A DNA stretch of 33,897 nucleotides. Origin: Octopus bimaculoides. Taxonomy: Eukaryota. A model generated the notes under the pieces. The model saw only the letters and a program-made list of their open reading frames with translations, had not been told where the DNA came from and made no database searches. Each line of letters opens with the position of its first letter. Position 1 is the stretch's first letter. The DNA lies in contig NC_068989.1 in the NCBI RefSeq assembly GCF_001194135.2, forward strand, positions 24,543,538 through 24,577,434. Direction: 5' to 3'. A program made the position numbers and the translations under genes. Positions 10,168 to 20,654 of this stretch are shown here, piece after piece.

Positions 10168-10350
10168 CTCTACAGCCTGCACAATTTCTGGTGACGACAC
10201 ATTGTAGGTGTCGAGAGTTAGAAGGTGTGGAATTCGATATATGACAAAGATTGAATAATTCCACAGCAATGACACAGGGCTTGGCAAGTAATTGGGGTCT
10301 TTCAGAGATAAATTTTCTAAATGTGGTAGTTGACATAAGGGTGACAGGTC
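10168..10350 (-). CDS. LRRC9: LRRC9-like internal exon (183 nt, phase 0-0), LRR and LRR cap
   Basis: tttgtttcag|GAC CTG ... GTA GAG|gtttgg; encodes DLSPLCQLPHLENLSLKDPNYLPSPVSLLWNYSIFVIYRIPHLLTLDTYNVSSPEIVQAVE; the L.DP.Y...PV.LL.NYS..V.Y..P.L...DT..V pattern matches LRRC9. Confidence 0.9.
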
Positions 10351-10380
10351 CTGAAACAAAGAGATTTTTCATTGATGATG

Positions 10381-10432
<52 letters not shown>

Positions 10433-10434
<2 letters not shown>

Positions 10435-10630
10435 GTTTCAAATTTTGGCTCAAGGCCAGCAATTTTAGGGAGGGAAAGGGGGCTAGTTGATAACATTGGC
10501 CCCGGTGATCAACTGGTACTTATTTTATCAATCCTGAAAGGATGAAAGGCAAGGTGGACCTTCATGGAATTTGAACATGCCACTAAGCATTTTGTCCAGC
10601 ATGCTAATGATTCAGTCAGATTGCAGCCTT
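10433..10630 (-). mobile_element. tRNA-derived SINE with Nin/Deu-type core
   Basis: Minus strand ttgcctttcatcctttcaggattgataaaataagtaccagt; flanked by (AAT)n at 10381-10432 and 10631-10666. Confidence 0.75.
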
Positions 10631-10639
10631 AATAATAAC

Positions 10640-10666
<27 letters not shown>

Positions 10667-10670
<4 letters not shown>

Positions 10671-11020
10671 TCAACCTTACGATGAAAGTAAACAAACAAA
10701 GTTTGTTCTTTTTTTTAGAAGCATTGAGATGTATTGTAAGAACAGAAATAAATTTATTTCTCAAACGCGTGATAATGTTATAAATAGCGTGATCAGGATA
10801 AATTATCCATTTATTGCAGAAAAATACACTACTGGCCAGCCATGAGACTCGAACTCACATCTCTGTGATTACGCGTCAAGTGTTTTACCATTAAACTAAA
10901 CTGCCCAGCAATGAATTCTTCTGCAATTTTAGAACTTATAAATTTAGCTTCATAAGACGCTAACGTTAAATTCAACTTTACGATGAAAGTAAACAAAGTT
11001 TGTTCTTTTTTTTTAGAAGC
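10667..11020. repeat. ~55-bp direct repeats (10667-10722, 10968-11020) enclosing a ~300-bp unit
   Basis: aaattcaac(c/t)ttacgatgaaagtaaacaaa(caaa)gtttgttc(t)n agaagc occurs twice. Confidence 0.9.
10834..10905 (-). tRNA. tRNA-Thr(CGT)-like cloverleaf, probably a pseudogene or repeat-borne
   Basis: GGCAGTT TA GTTT AATGGTA AAAC A CTTGA CGCGTAA TCACA GAGAT GTGAG TTCGAGT CTCAT GGCTGGC C (72 nt); D and T arms pair, acceptor has one G-G mismatch, anticodon stem 3/5 paired, G at position 33; T5 run ~10 nt downstream. Confidence 0.55.
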
Positions 11021-11021
11021 G

Positions 11022-14000
11022 TTAATAATAATAATGATTTCTTTTATTTGCCACCAGAGTGACGGATAAAGAGGGACAATACAAAGACAGACATAAAGTG
11101 TTGGGGGTTTACATATAATGGAAAAAAAAAGTATATACAGTATCCATTAAAAGAAGGGAAGTATACAAAGTATACGGCACTAGAAGAAAAAAAAGTGATA
11201 GTGACGGGATTCTCTTGATACAGGAGGACCTCTAGGGCTAATCAAGGAACCTCACCATCCAAGATCACCCTGAATACCAAGGATGGGTGCCCTCTCCAAC
11301 CCCTTTTCTTCTGACTCACAGGTCCACACTGAGAGTGGTACCATCCCTTCTTGCAATTTCCGTAACTTTCACCCACTTTTTGATAAATTGACTCAAGGAC
11401 AGTACCTTCATTTTCCTTTTCAAGTGAAACTTGGAAAAATTCGATGATGGCTTTACCAATGAGGAATGTTTCTGTCCTCATTCCTTTCACCAGACAATGG
11501 AAAACTGCCTTGCTTGCCCAATTAAAGAAGGGTGGCAGGGCAATCATCATTATGAATTCAGCTGACAGACAGATCTGTCCCATACAAGATAGCAGCTGTT
11601 TGACATAACTCCACAAGTCACCAATGCCCAGACACTGAACAAGTGCATGCAGAACAGTTTCGTCACTCTGCAATCACCTCAGACAAGCCTGTCTGACAGT
11701 ACATCTGTGCCTGTAGAGTTTATCTCAAACCTGTAGCGCACCCCCACCCCAGTAACACTGTCAGGCCAAAGACATCTGGAAATTATCCATAATAGTCCCT
11801 GAGCGGAAAGTCCTCTGGAATAGACTTGCATGTTCGCCTGCATCGATGCCTAGGGTCTCTGCAAGGACACCATTGCACTTCTCTGCTATTAATCTTCTGT
11901 ATATAGCTAAAGTGGAACATCCACCGATCCTGATGCCCGATTTGTAGAAGACAGTGAGCACCGGATGGCATTCTAAGTGTCAGGCATCCAGTCTCAGCTT
12001 ATCTTTTACTCAGGACTGCAGCTCTGTCAAGGAGACGAGCTGTTGAAAGGCATGTCTCACAAACGGAGCCCACACATGTTCACCTAGAAGTTGTTACAGG
12101 TGGTGCAACCTGAGTGCATGTCTGTGCATCAAAAGCCAAGGTATGCCTAAGCTACCATGCAGAGGAAGTTGGCAGCAGACTGACTGCCTGATCATTGGAA
12201 TGCATCCCTTCCACAAGAAGATAAACCGGATACACTTTAATCTAATCAAGCAGTAACTGGGGCAAGGCACGATGGTCTGATGATAAATAACGACAGAGGT
12301 GATGTAGGTATTCGGCACATCTGCCTGACCTTTCAGAGACAACTTCCTCTCTACTCATTTCATGGTAAGACAGGCCAGCCTGTTTGTCACCTCTTCCCAA
12401 ATCTTATCAGAGACTGAACAGTTTAACTGGTCGACCAGTCCAGTGTCTGATGACACTGTCTGACAGCATTGATATTCCTCTCCAGGTACCCAGTTGCAAT
12501 CCCACCAACCTGTTGACACCTGCAACCAACTCATATTCCCTTACAATGGAGCTGACCATCTCCACTTCAGAGGCATCTGACACCATGACAGTGACATCAT
12601 TCACGTACACTGACCTCACAAGTCCAATTTTGAGAGGGAGGCTTCTTAACTATTCCAACTTCTGCAGCAGTGGCTTGAGAGCCAGCACATACAGAAGAGG
12701 TGACAGTGGGTAGCCCTGGTGGACCGAATGTGCAATACTAAATGGTTTCAATAGGTGGCCATTTACTTTGAACACCGAGCAGGTACTGCTGTGCATTACA
12801 GTAATCTATCCTCTGAAAATGGGTCCGAAACTAGCTGTTTTAAGGATGGCTTCCAAGTAGTGATGATTGACCTTATCGAAAGGTTTCAACTGATCTAAAT
12901 TGATTAGGGCCCCACCGAAGCCAGCTTTAGTCCCTGTCCTCTCTATGGTGTATTGCATAAAGTAGAGGTTATTGTGGATAGACCTGCTCGGGAATCCACA
13001 CATTTGTACCTCCCTGGCCAGACTACTGATGACAAGTGCCAACCTTTTCGCTAACCCCTTGGCCAGAATCTTAAACTCTGTGTTTAGCAGAGTTATGGGT
13101 CAAAAATTCCCTAGCATGTCCTTTCTCAGCAGTGTTACCACACCCTGGCTAACAATACTAGGAATTCTCCTGTTCTGCTACCAGTTACTGTAGACATCTG
13201 CCAAAAAGCTGTCAAACAAATTTGGCCTGAATACATAGAATTCATAGGGCAGACCATCCAAAACATTGATTTGCAACTTGTGCAATTGCTCATTGCTTCT
13301 CGTATTTCAGTGGCAGTAATCAGCTTTTTGCAGAATCTCCCATCCATTGTGGAGAGCTGTGGTAGGCCGTCCAGGTATGAAGTAAACTCTGCTACTGTCT
13401 TTGACCTATTGCCCTCCCCAAACAGCCATGCAAAGCACTACTGGAAAGCCACCCACTCAGAACCAAGTGGCATGTGCTTGTCTTGATCTGTCAAAGACTC
13501 GATCATGGTTTTGTTTCCACGTTGCATCTCTACTGTTCTGGCTCATCAGACGGCTTTAGTTCCTTCATGTTTTAGCACATGGGTCTTAGCTCTGACAATG
13601 CACCCTTCATTGTTTACGTTAAAAAAATGGTCAAGGGTCATTCTTGCTGCTAACACATCGGTTGCGATGTCTTTACTAATAGCCTCTTCTAGTTTGCTAA
13701 CTAGCTCTTTCCAATCTCGAGGATAGTACCTAAATCTTTGCTAAACGCTATTGATTCTACTCTAATCACTCTCTTCAGGGCGTTCCACTGCTGGTTGTTG
13801 ATGATTGCCCCTGTCAACTGCTGCTTAATTAGTTTGCTAATCTGGTCCCTGTAGTCTTTGCAAGTCAGTAAGGACACATTCAACTTCCAGTTACTGGGTC
13901 CCTGTCTATGGGTCATATCTGAATCAACTGTGCATATCACAAACTTGTGATCTGTGCAGCTGACCAATTTAAATTGTGGACAACCTATGCTATCACTATC

Positions 14001-14600
14001 CTCTGACCCATTGTGGTTGCTCCATGTCCACACTGGCACATCAGAGAAATCCAGTTGGTACTTGTCAGAAAGCTGGAAAGTCCTGAGGAGGTTTTCAAGG
14101 CTTTTACACCCGCTTCTGCTATGTTCTAAACCTACACAGTTCTTCTGTACGTCCAAAATACTATTCCAGTCCCCCACTAGTACTAAAGTGTGACATTCCC
14201 AAAAATGTTTCTAGATGCTTGAAGAAATCTGGCCTTCCAAGCCCCTGTTGATGCTACCTTAACTGCTATTCAGGTCCAGATCCACCATCCTACCATCCGG
14301 GTCCAGGAAGATAGCCCATACTAGGAGACCTAAGGATTTCCGGAGTAGCACTGCTACACTGCCACCTGCTCTTCATAGACCACAAGATGAGAATATCTTA
14401 TAGTCCTCAAAAATGGATGCTAGAGCATGCTTTCTGGAGATCCTTGTTCCACTAATGGTAGCCACATCTAAATCAAGCAACCTGAGATCATTGAGCAAGT
14501 AACCTTGCTTCCAAGCTGATCCTAGGCCATGCACATTCACACACTCATTCTCAGTATAGCCATGCTAGTCAGAGAAAGAAAAAAAGGATAGGGAAATGAA
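11022..14600 (-). mobile_element. L1/Tx1-clade LINE, near-complete but disrupted ORF2 (APE, RT, C-terminal Cys-rich) with 3' tail
   Basis: APE: NVHGLG..W, LVGDWNSILD, WTWSN; RT: LDQLKPFDKVNHHYL, SVHQGYPLSPLLY, YVND (for YADD); C-terminal ..ETVLHALVQC; AATAAA (plus-strand tttatt 11043-11048) then (TTA)n; many stops and frameshifts. Confidence 0.88.
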
Positions 14601-15192
14601 TGACGGGAGTGAAGAGATAGAGCAAAATATAAATGTAAATTCATTCCCAGCAAATGAAGAAGTAATGGGAAGAGCTATATCACAAGAATATGATGATGAC
14701 CAACAAGACATAGTGAAGGATGCTGTGCCAATATATTAGAGAAGATCAGGATCAAGCACCCACCAATCTGAGGTGGGTGCTTGGTCCTGAAGTTGAAACT
14801 GCAAAGATAGATTCAGCCCTTGGGCTCCTCCAGATGAGAAAATATAACTGAAACTAACAAGATTATTTGGGCTGCTGTTATGGTTGCTGCAGATAGAGTT
14901 GGATACAAAGAAGAGAACAAATAGATTGTAAAGAATCATTCAGGCGTAGACGAAATTTATGAGAAACAAACAAGGTTAAAAAGACATTTGGGACAAGTTG
15001 ATAGACTGAGTAAAGGGGAATTGCTGCTAAACCATCCCATGATAAAAATTAGTGGGAGATTTCACAGCCCTTCTTAATATGTTTATAATTATATTAGTAA
15101 GAAATAAAAGAAATAAAAGAAAACAAAAACAAGAAGAAATAGAAGACAGACTTCTAAGAATTAGAACTTGGTAATCATCAATAATTACAAAC

Positions 15193-15263
15193 CTTTAGGA
15201 AAGTGATTTTATTTGCAGATAAATTCAAATTTTCTAGATTAATATTTTGTTGAAGACCTTTAC
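15193..15263 (-). CDS. LRRC9: LRRC9-like internal exon (71 nt, phase 1-0), one LRR
   Basis: ctctttctatatccag|GT AAA GGT ... CTA AAG|gtttgt; encodes (G)KGLQQNINLENLNLSANKITFLK, fitting LxxLxLxxNxI and the LRRC9 segment [24 protein letters not shown] (recalled). Confidence 0.85.
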
Positions 15264-15532
15264 CTGGATATAGAAAGAGAATAAAATATGAAATTAAATA
15301 GGTCTTTCATGTGCTTGTGCACACACACACACACACACACATTTCTTGCATCAACAGAATATCTTATCATTCTTTAAAAAAAGGCAGTGTGGGTAGCTGA
15401 GGGTAAAATTTCAAACGTTTCACCTTTAAATTCTCATAGCCATGTTTTTATTTGACCCAGTCACATCAATCACACACAACAGATCTCTTTCTCTCTTTCA
15501 CCCTGCACCACACTCTACATACATACATACAT

Positions 15533-15563
<31 letters not shown>

Positions 15564-15769
15564 TACACACACACATACATATATACATACATACATGCCT
15601 TGGATCTAGGTTAGAATCTGGCTCTTTCTCTATTGGCAAGAAATCCTGAGATGAAACTGAATAATGACATGCATACATAACATACATAATACATACATAC
15701 ATACATGCATGCATACATACATAATCATTTTCCATTATCAGTCAAGCTACAAAAAAAAAAAAATAATAA

Positions 15770-16725
15770 ATGGCTACATGCTAGGGTCTGAAATTACAAG
15801 AGATATTAATGTAACCAATAATTTCTTTGTGGATGACCTCAAGATTTATGCTAAAAATGTTAACAATTTCAAAAAACAATTGGAATTAATAACATTTTCA
15901 GCTGACAAAGGAATGGAATTTGGACAGAAGAAATGTTCTTATTTAATTGTTGAACAGGTAAAAATCAGTCTTCCAGACATAAAACCTGTGCATAAATGGT
16001 CTCACTATCTCTCTTGAAGAAGATAGTAACATTGGCATGAAGAGAAGCCTCTCTTGGACTCACGACCACTACATCACATCACACTTTGAAGGCTATGCAT
16101 TTGTAATTCAAGAACAGGAGATTGCTGCTAAATACCTAATCAACATAAGAGACAGTGAAGCTGTTGAAGTTCCAAGATGCAACTGTAAATGTAGATTATG
16201 TCATATTCTTGTGATTAGCAGCTGCCCAAAAATGTCATCAAGGTACTACCTCCCTATGTGATATGATGTAAAAACAACATACAATGCCATTTGTAAAAAA
16301 GGCTATTCTGGAATAAATATAGAGTTCCCTGTTATTGAACATGTACATAAATACCAGCATAAAGAATACTTCCCACCAAAACATCTGTTAAATGTAAGCA
16401 CCAGATGATGGATATTGTTTGGGACAGACAAGAACAAGTGTGTACCATCATAGAGGTCAGCTGTCCTGCTGATGTAAATATCTCTTTGAAAATCAAAGAG
16501 AAAAGATAACCATAGATAACTGTTTTGAAACCTCCAGCTTCTATATCCGGATTACATTTATACCAAATAATAATTGGAGCAGTTGGTTTTGTAAGTACAT
16601 GCTTAACTATCAGTCTGCATAAGCTTGGATTTTCAGAAAAAGAAACATTTCAATCAACTGATATCACAAATATAATCTGTAAGCAGAACAGTAAAACCAG
16701 GCAAGACTTTTCTCAGGTTTAAAAT
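15770..16725 (+). mobile_element. RLE-type (R2/R4/NeSL group) non-LTR retrotransposon fragment
   Basis: FFVDDLKIY (RT), QEQEI..KYL, CRLC/H..S.C knuckle remnant, DIVWDRQEQVCTIIEVSCPAD (restriction-like endonuclease), IIIGAVG; heavily deleted. Confidence 0.8.
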
Positions 16726-16942
16726 GTGACATTGTTTTCATTATCTACATTCCAAAGATAGAAGTTTATATCTTTGTTGGAAACCAGCTCCTTCAGAGGA
16801 AGAGTTTAAATGATTAAAAATAGAAGAGACATACATACATACATCTTTCACCCTACTTCCCACTTGCAACCTCTAACCCCACTCCTCACCAGACAACCAC
16901 TCTCCTATCTACTGTATTATTCTGAGGTGTTTGAATTGAAAG

Positions 16943-16987
16943 CAGAAATGGTGATATGGTAGATACTGTACCATATCACCATTTCTG
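16943..16987. repeat. Perfect 19-bp hairpin with 7-nt loop
   Basis: cagaaatggtgatatggta-gatactg-taccatatcaccatttctg. Confidence 0.95.
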
Positions 16988-17119
16988 TATAGCTAATCAC
17001 CACTCCCTCTCCTCTGTGCAACCACCAATCAGCATCCATTTCTCATTTTTATTATCTCCCATTCATATTTACCACTTAACCTCTGTTCACCATTTGCTTC
17101 ATTCATCCCCTACACACAC

Positions 17120-17280
17120 AAGTTAGGTGTGGTTCTGTGGTAAGAAGCTTGTTTCCCAACCACATAGTTTTGGGTACAGTCCTACTGCATGGCACTTTGA
17201 GCAAATGTCTTCTAGTATAGCCTTGGGCCAACCAAAGCCTAGTGAGTGGATTTGGAAGACAAAAACTGAAAGACGCCTAT
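17120..17280 (+). mobile_element. tRNA-derived SINE
   Basis: gtggtaagaagctt...ccaaccacat head, ttgagcaaatgtctt core, ends aaactgaaagacgcc before (AT)n; related copies at ~24880-25020, 26490-26630, 30790-30950 and 31130-31265. Confidence 0.7.
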
Positions 17281-17674
17281 CACATACATACATATATATA
17301 TATATATTTATGTTTGTTGACTCGAATTTGATGCTTGTTCTATGATCAATGTTTTTTTTATCTCTGTCACGATTACATTTGAGCACTTCTTGTCTGTAAA
17401 CTTCCTGTTGAAAAAGAGTTAACTCCAACTAAAAAGATTTGTCTTCCCTTACACACACTTCCTGTTTTGACACCACACTTCCTGCTTAACACAAACTTTT
17501 AGCTCCTTTTCTCTTTTTTTTAAAACCTAACACAACTCTCAATTTTCATGCATCCTTATTTTTCCAACCATTATCTACATGAATTACCACTGAACTTTAA
17601 AAGCTCAAAGACAATATAATGTATTGGTATATTTATTTTTTTATATATTATTTTTTTCATTTTTTACTTCTTTG

Positions 17675-17719
<45 letters not shown>

Positions 17720-18384
17720 CTTATCTCTGCCACCCCATGTTTATATCCATGTCACCCTCTTCCCACAACCATACATCTTTACTCACCACTTTCCTGATTC
17801 TTCTCTATCCACATTCTCTTAGACATTTTACCATGTGAGTACATTCTGCCACCTCATCCTCACTGTATTCACCTCTGTTTGAACCTGATTCCAGTTACCC
17901 TTATCCACCTATATAATATGTAAGGTAGCCACGAATCTTCTCCACAAGCAGTAAACCTTTACCAGCCCCACACCATCATACTTTAACCTTTTAATGTCAT
18001 ATAAAGCAACCACCTTATCTCTAATCCTCCCTCTTAAATGAAGAAGCTCTTCAGACTTATAAGGCAATCTCATTAGTGTTGGTACCATAAAAAAAGCACC
18101 AGTACATTTTGTAAAGTGGCTGACATTATGAAAGGTAGCCAACTGAAGAAATGATCTTTTATCGTTTACTTGTTTCAGTCATTAGACTGCAGCCATGCTG
18201 GGGTACCAAGCAAGACTTAGTTCTCTTAGTTCTCTGATCTGTTCAGTCCTGTCAAAATATCCAACCTATGCTGCAATGGAAAGCACATGTAAAATGATGT
18301 TGATGACATTAGTGGCAAAATAAAGTTTAGTGATTTGAGCTCAAACAATCCAGAATGAAATTTAGGTGCTAATATAAAAGAAAC

Positions 18385-18605
18385 AGAAGGTGGCAAACTG
18401 GCAGAGTTGTTAGCATGCCGGGCGAAATACTTAGAGGAATTTTGTCTATCCTTACATTCTGAATTCAAATTCTGCCAAGGTTGACTTTGCTTTTCATCCT
18501 TTTGGGGTTGATAAAATAAGTACCAATTGAGTACTGGGGTCAATGTAATCGACTGAAACCCTTCCCTAAACTTGCTAGACTTGTGCCAAAATTTGAGACC
18601 AGTAT
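18385..18605 (+). mobile_element. tRNA-derived SINE with Nin/Deu-type core
   Basis: ctggcagagttgttagcatgccgggcgaaa...gaattcaaattc...ttgcttttcatccttttggggttgataaaataagtacc. Confidence 0.8.
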
Positions 18606-18964
18606 GAAGGAAACAGTATTTATTATAGTGCTTACCTGGAATTGGATACAAATATTTAACAAGACAAGCATAGAAAGTGAATGTTCATTTGATAGATACA
18701 GTATATATATGTCAAGTAAATAGTAGCAGAAACCTTGTACAGAGGTTATATGGACAAATACAATATGGATGTGTGTGAATAGACATCATCATTATCATTG
18801 TTCTTATGTCTTATTTTCCATGCTTGCATGGCTCAGATGTACTTTGTTGAAGTAGATTTTCTACAGCTTGAAGCTCTTCTTATTACCATTGTGTGGTACT
18901 GTAACATGGGGATACACCCCACCACACACAAATAGATAATGCACACGTATTATATATATATTTC

Positions 18965-19200
18965 ATCATCATCATCGTTTAATGTCTGCCTTCCATACTG
19001 GTATGGGTGAGATGGTTTGACAAGAGCTGACCCAGCAGAAGCCTGCACCAGACTTCTGTAACTGTTTTGGCATGATTTTTACAGCTGGATACCCTTCCTG
19101 ACACCAACCACTCCAGCAGAATGGACTTAGCAAGCACAGGTGAGGTCAGTTTTAGCAGCTGGAGGTTTTTAAATGCCAATCACTTTACAGTGTGGACTGG
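18965..19200 (-). mobile_element. RTE-type 3' UTR repeat
   Basis: catcatcatcgtttaatgtctgccttccatactggtatggg...tttttacagctggataccctt. Confidence 0.65.
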
Positions 19201-19228
19201 GTGCTATTTTGAAGTAAGCTATGTTGTA

Positions 19229-19324
19229 TCTGGGAAGAGTCATATTGTCTTAATGCCTTATTATCTAACACACTGGTGAGTGTGTTAGATAATAACCCAT
19301 TAAGACAACATGATTCTCCCCAGA
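19229..19324. repeat. 96-nt near-perfect hairpin (46-bp arms, 4-nt loop)
   Basis: Arms 19229-19274 and 19279-19324 are complementary at 41/46 positions; loop ggtg. Confidence 0.95.
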
Positions 19325-19334
19325 CACTATATAA

Positions 19335-19366
<32 letters not shown>

Positions 19367-19548
19367 ATCATAAATATACAGGGATTAGCATTGAGTTGCT
19401 TCTCCAACATATTGAAAATTTAGAAATAGCAGTCAAAGAACTACTGATTCTAAACTACAAATTTTTCTCTAAATGGATGGTGATATTTATGGCACACATA
19501 GAACAAAAAACCGGAGGGGAAAGCATAAACAAAACAAGTCTTTAGTTA

Positions 19549-19611
19549 ATCGGATACGATCGTTTCATGGTTAAGAGAATGAAAAATCCCTATTCCAATC
19601 CTCAGTCCGAT
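19549..19611 (-). ncRNA. Type I hammerhead ribozyme motif with palindromic stem III
   Basis: Minus strand ATCGGA-CTGAGGA-TTGG...CCAT-GAAA-CGATCG-TA-TCCGAT: 6-bp stem I, CUGANGA and GAAA cores, perfect palindrome ACGATCGT, GUA triplet. Confidence 0.8.
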
Positions 19612-20654
19612 ATTCTGATAAATTTGAAAGTGTCTCTAAAAAAAATTCACGGTAATTTTTGGCCATGCGACACCAAATATATATATATATATATAATTAT
19701 ATACATACATACATACATACATATATATGCACACACACAAAAAGCTTCTTTAAATTTCCATCAATCAAATACACTTACAAGGCTATGGAAGACAACTGCC
19801 CAAGATGCCATGCAACGGGACTGATTACAAAACTACAAAGTTGGGAAGTAAAAGCTGGAGTCTTTTTTATTTACTTCATTTTATTCTACTTTTTTCTGTT
19901 GGTTGTTGAACCTCAGGTCAGTTCTGGCCCAGATCATAGAAACTTTTTAACCACACAGTACAGGTATATTGTCTGAAGAGATACATTAAATATATGCTCA
20001 CTGAATATAACCAATGTGTATGTGTCAATTGGATGGCTACAAAAGGTAGCTGTTGAATGTTTAAACAATGGGTATAAATCCTATCTTTTTCTACATTTGT
20101 GACTGCATTGAGTTAATGCGCCTTTTCTTTTTGTAAGATAGTACTGTGTGATTTAATGGAAAATTTGGCCGCTACTTTTAGCAGGTTGATCGAACAGGTG
20201 GATGTATCTTCCTTGGCTCATGTATGTAGTCCTTATCTGATAGATACAACAGTTAGTAGATAATGTTGAGATAGACAATTTATATAGACATAGTTCAATG
20301 AATATAGGCAATAACATTTATGTACAAGCAGTTAATACACGCTGGGTAGTTCATTTAATTATACAGGTCTTAAATCTAGTTTCTAGGTGTCGGATAAACA
20401 AACTACATCCTTATATCCAAAAATGTCGATTGGTCCACTAACAGCTGTGTCTCAACTGCATCAACAAACAATATTGATACAGACAATCTTAAAATTAAAA
20501 CGCAATAAGGGAAGTAACTGCATAAAGACTTATCTTTGAGTTAGTTCCCTTTATAAATAATTCTTGCTGTTTTACAAAGTTCAAAACAAAAATGTAAAGT
20601 TTCTGTTTCTGGAGTAGATTGTTGAGCTAATAGAAATTATATTTAAGAGACACA

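Noticed and set aside
13505-13560. Minus-strand CTGATGA...GAAAC inside the L1/Tx1 ORF2
   Set aside because: No stem II closure, no GTH or stem I partner; chance match in coding sequence. The same applies to matches near 5557, 12279, 12447, 13026, 21812 and 22069.
16735-16800. Hairpin preceded by CTGAAGG on the minus strand, resembling a hammerhead remnant
   Set aside because: The core is altered and no correctly placed GAAAC-GTH follows; too decayed to call.
18226-18400. LRR-like words (GLFELKSLNF, LRELSLA) as a possible upstream LRRC9 exon
   Set aside because: No splice-site pair gives the required phase-1 end and the conserved Asn of the LRR is absent; partly overlaps SINE sequence.
18631-18720. 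Strong minus-strand donor ccag|gtaagc at ~18635
   Set aside because: Upstream frames give no LRR-like peptide and there is no convincing acceptor.
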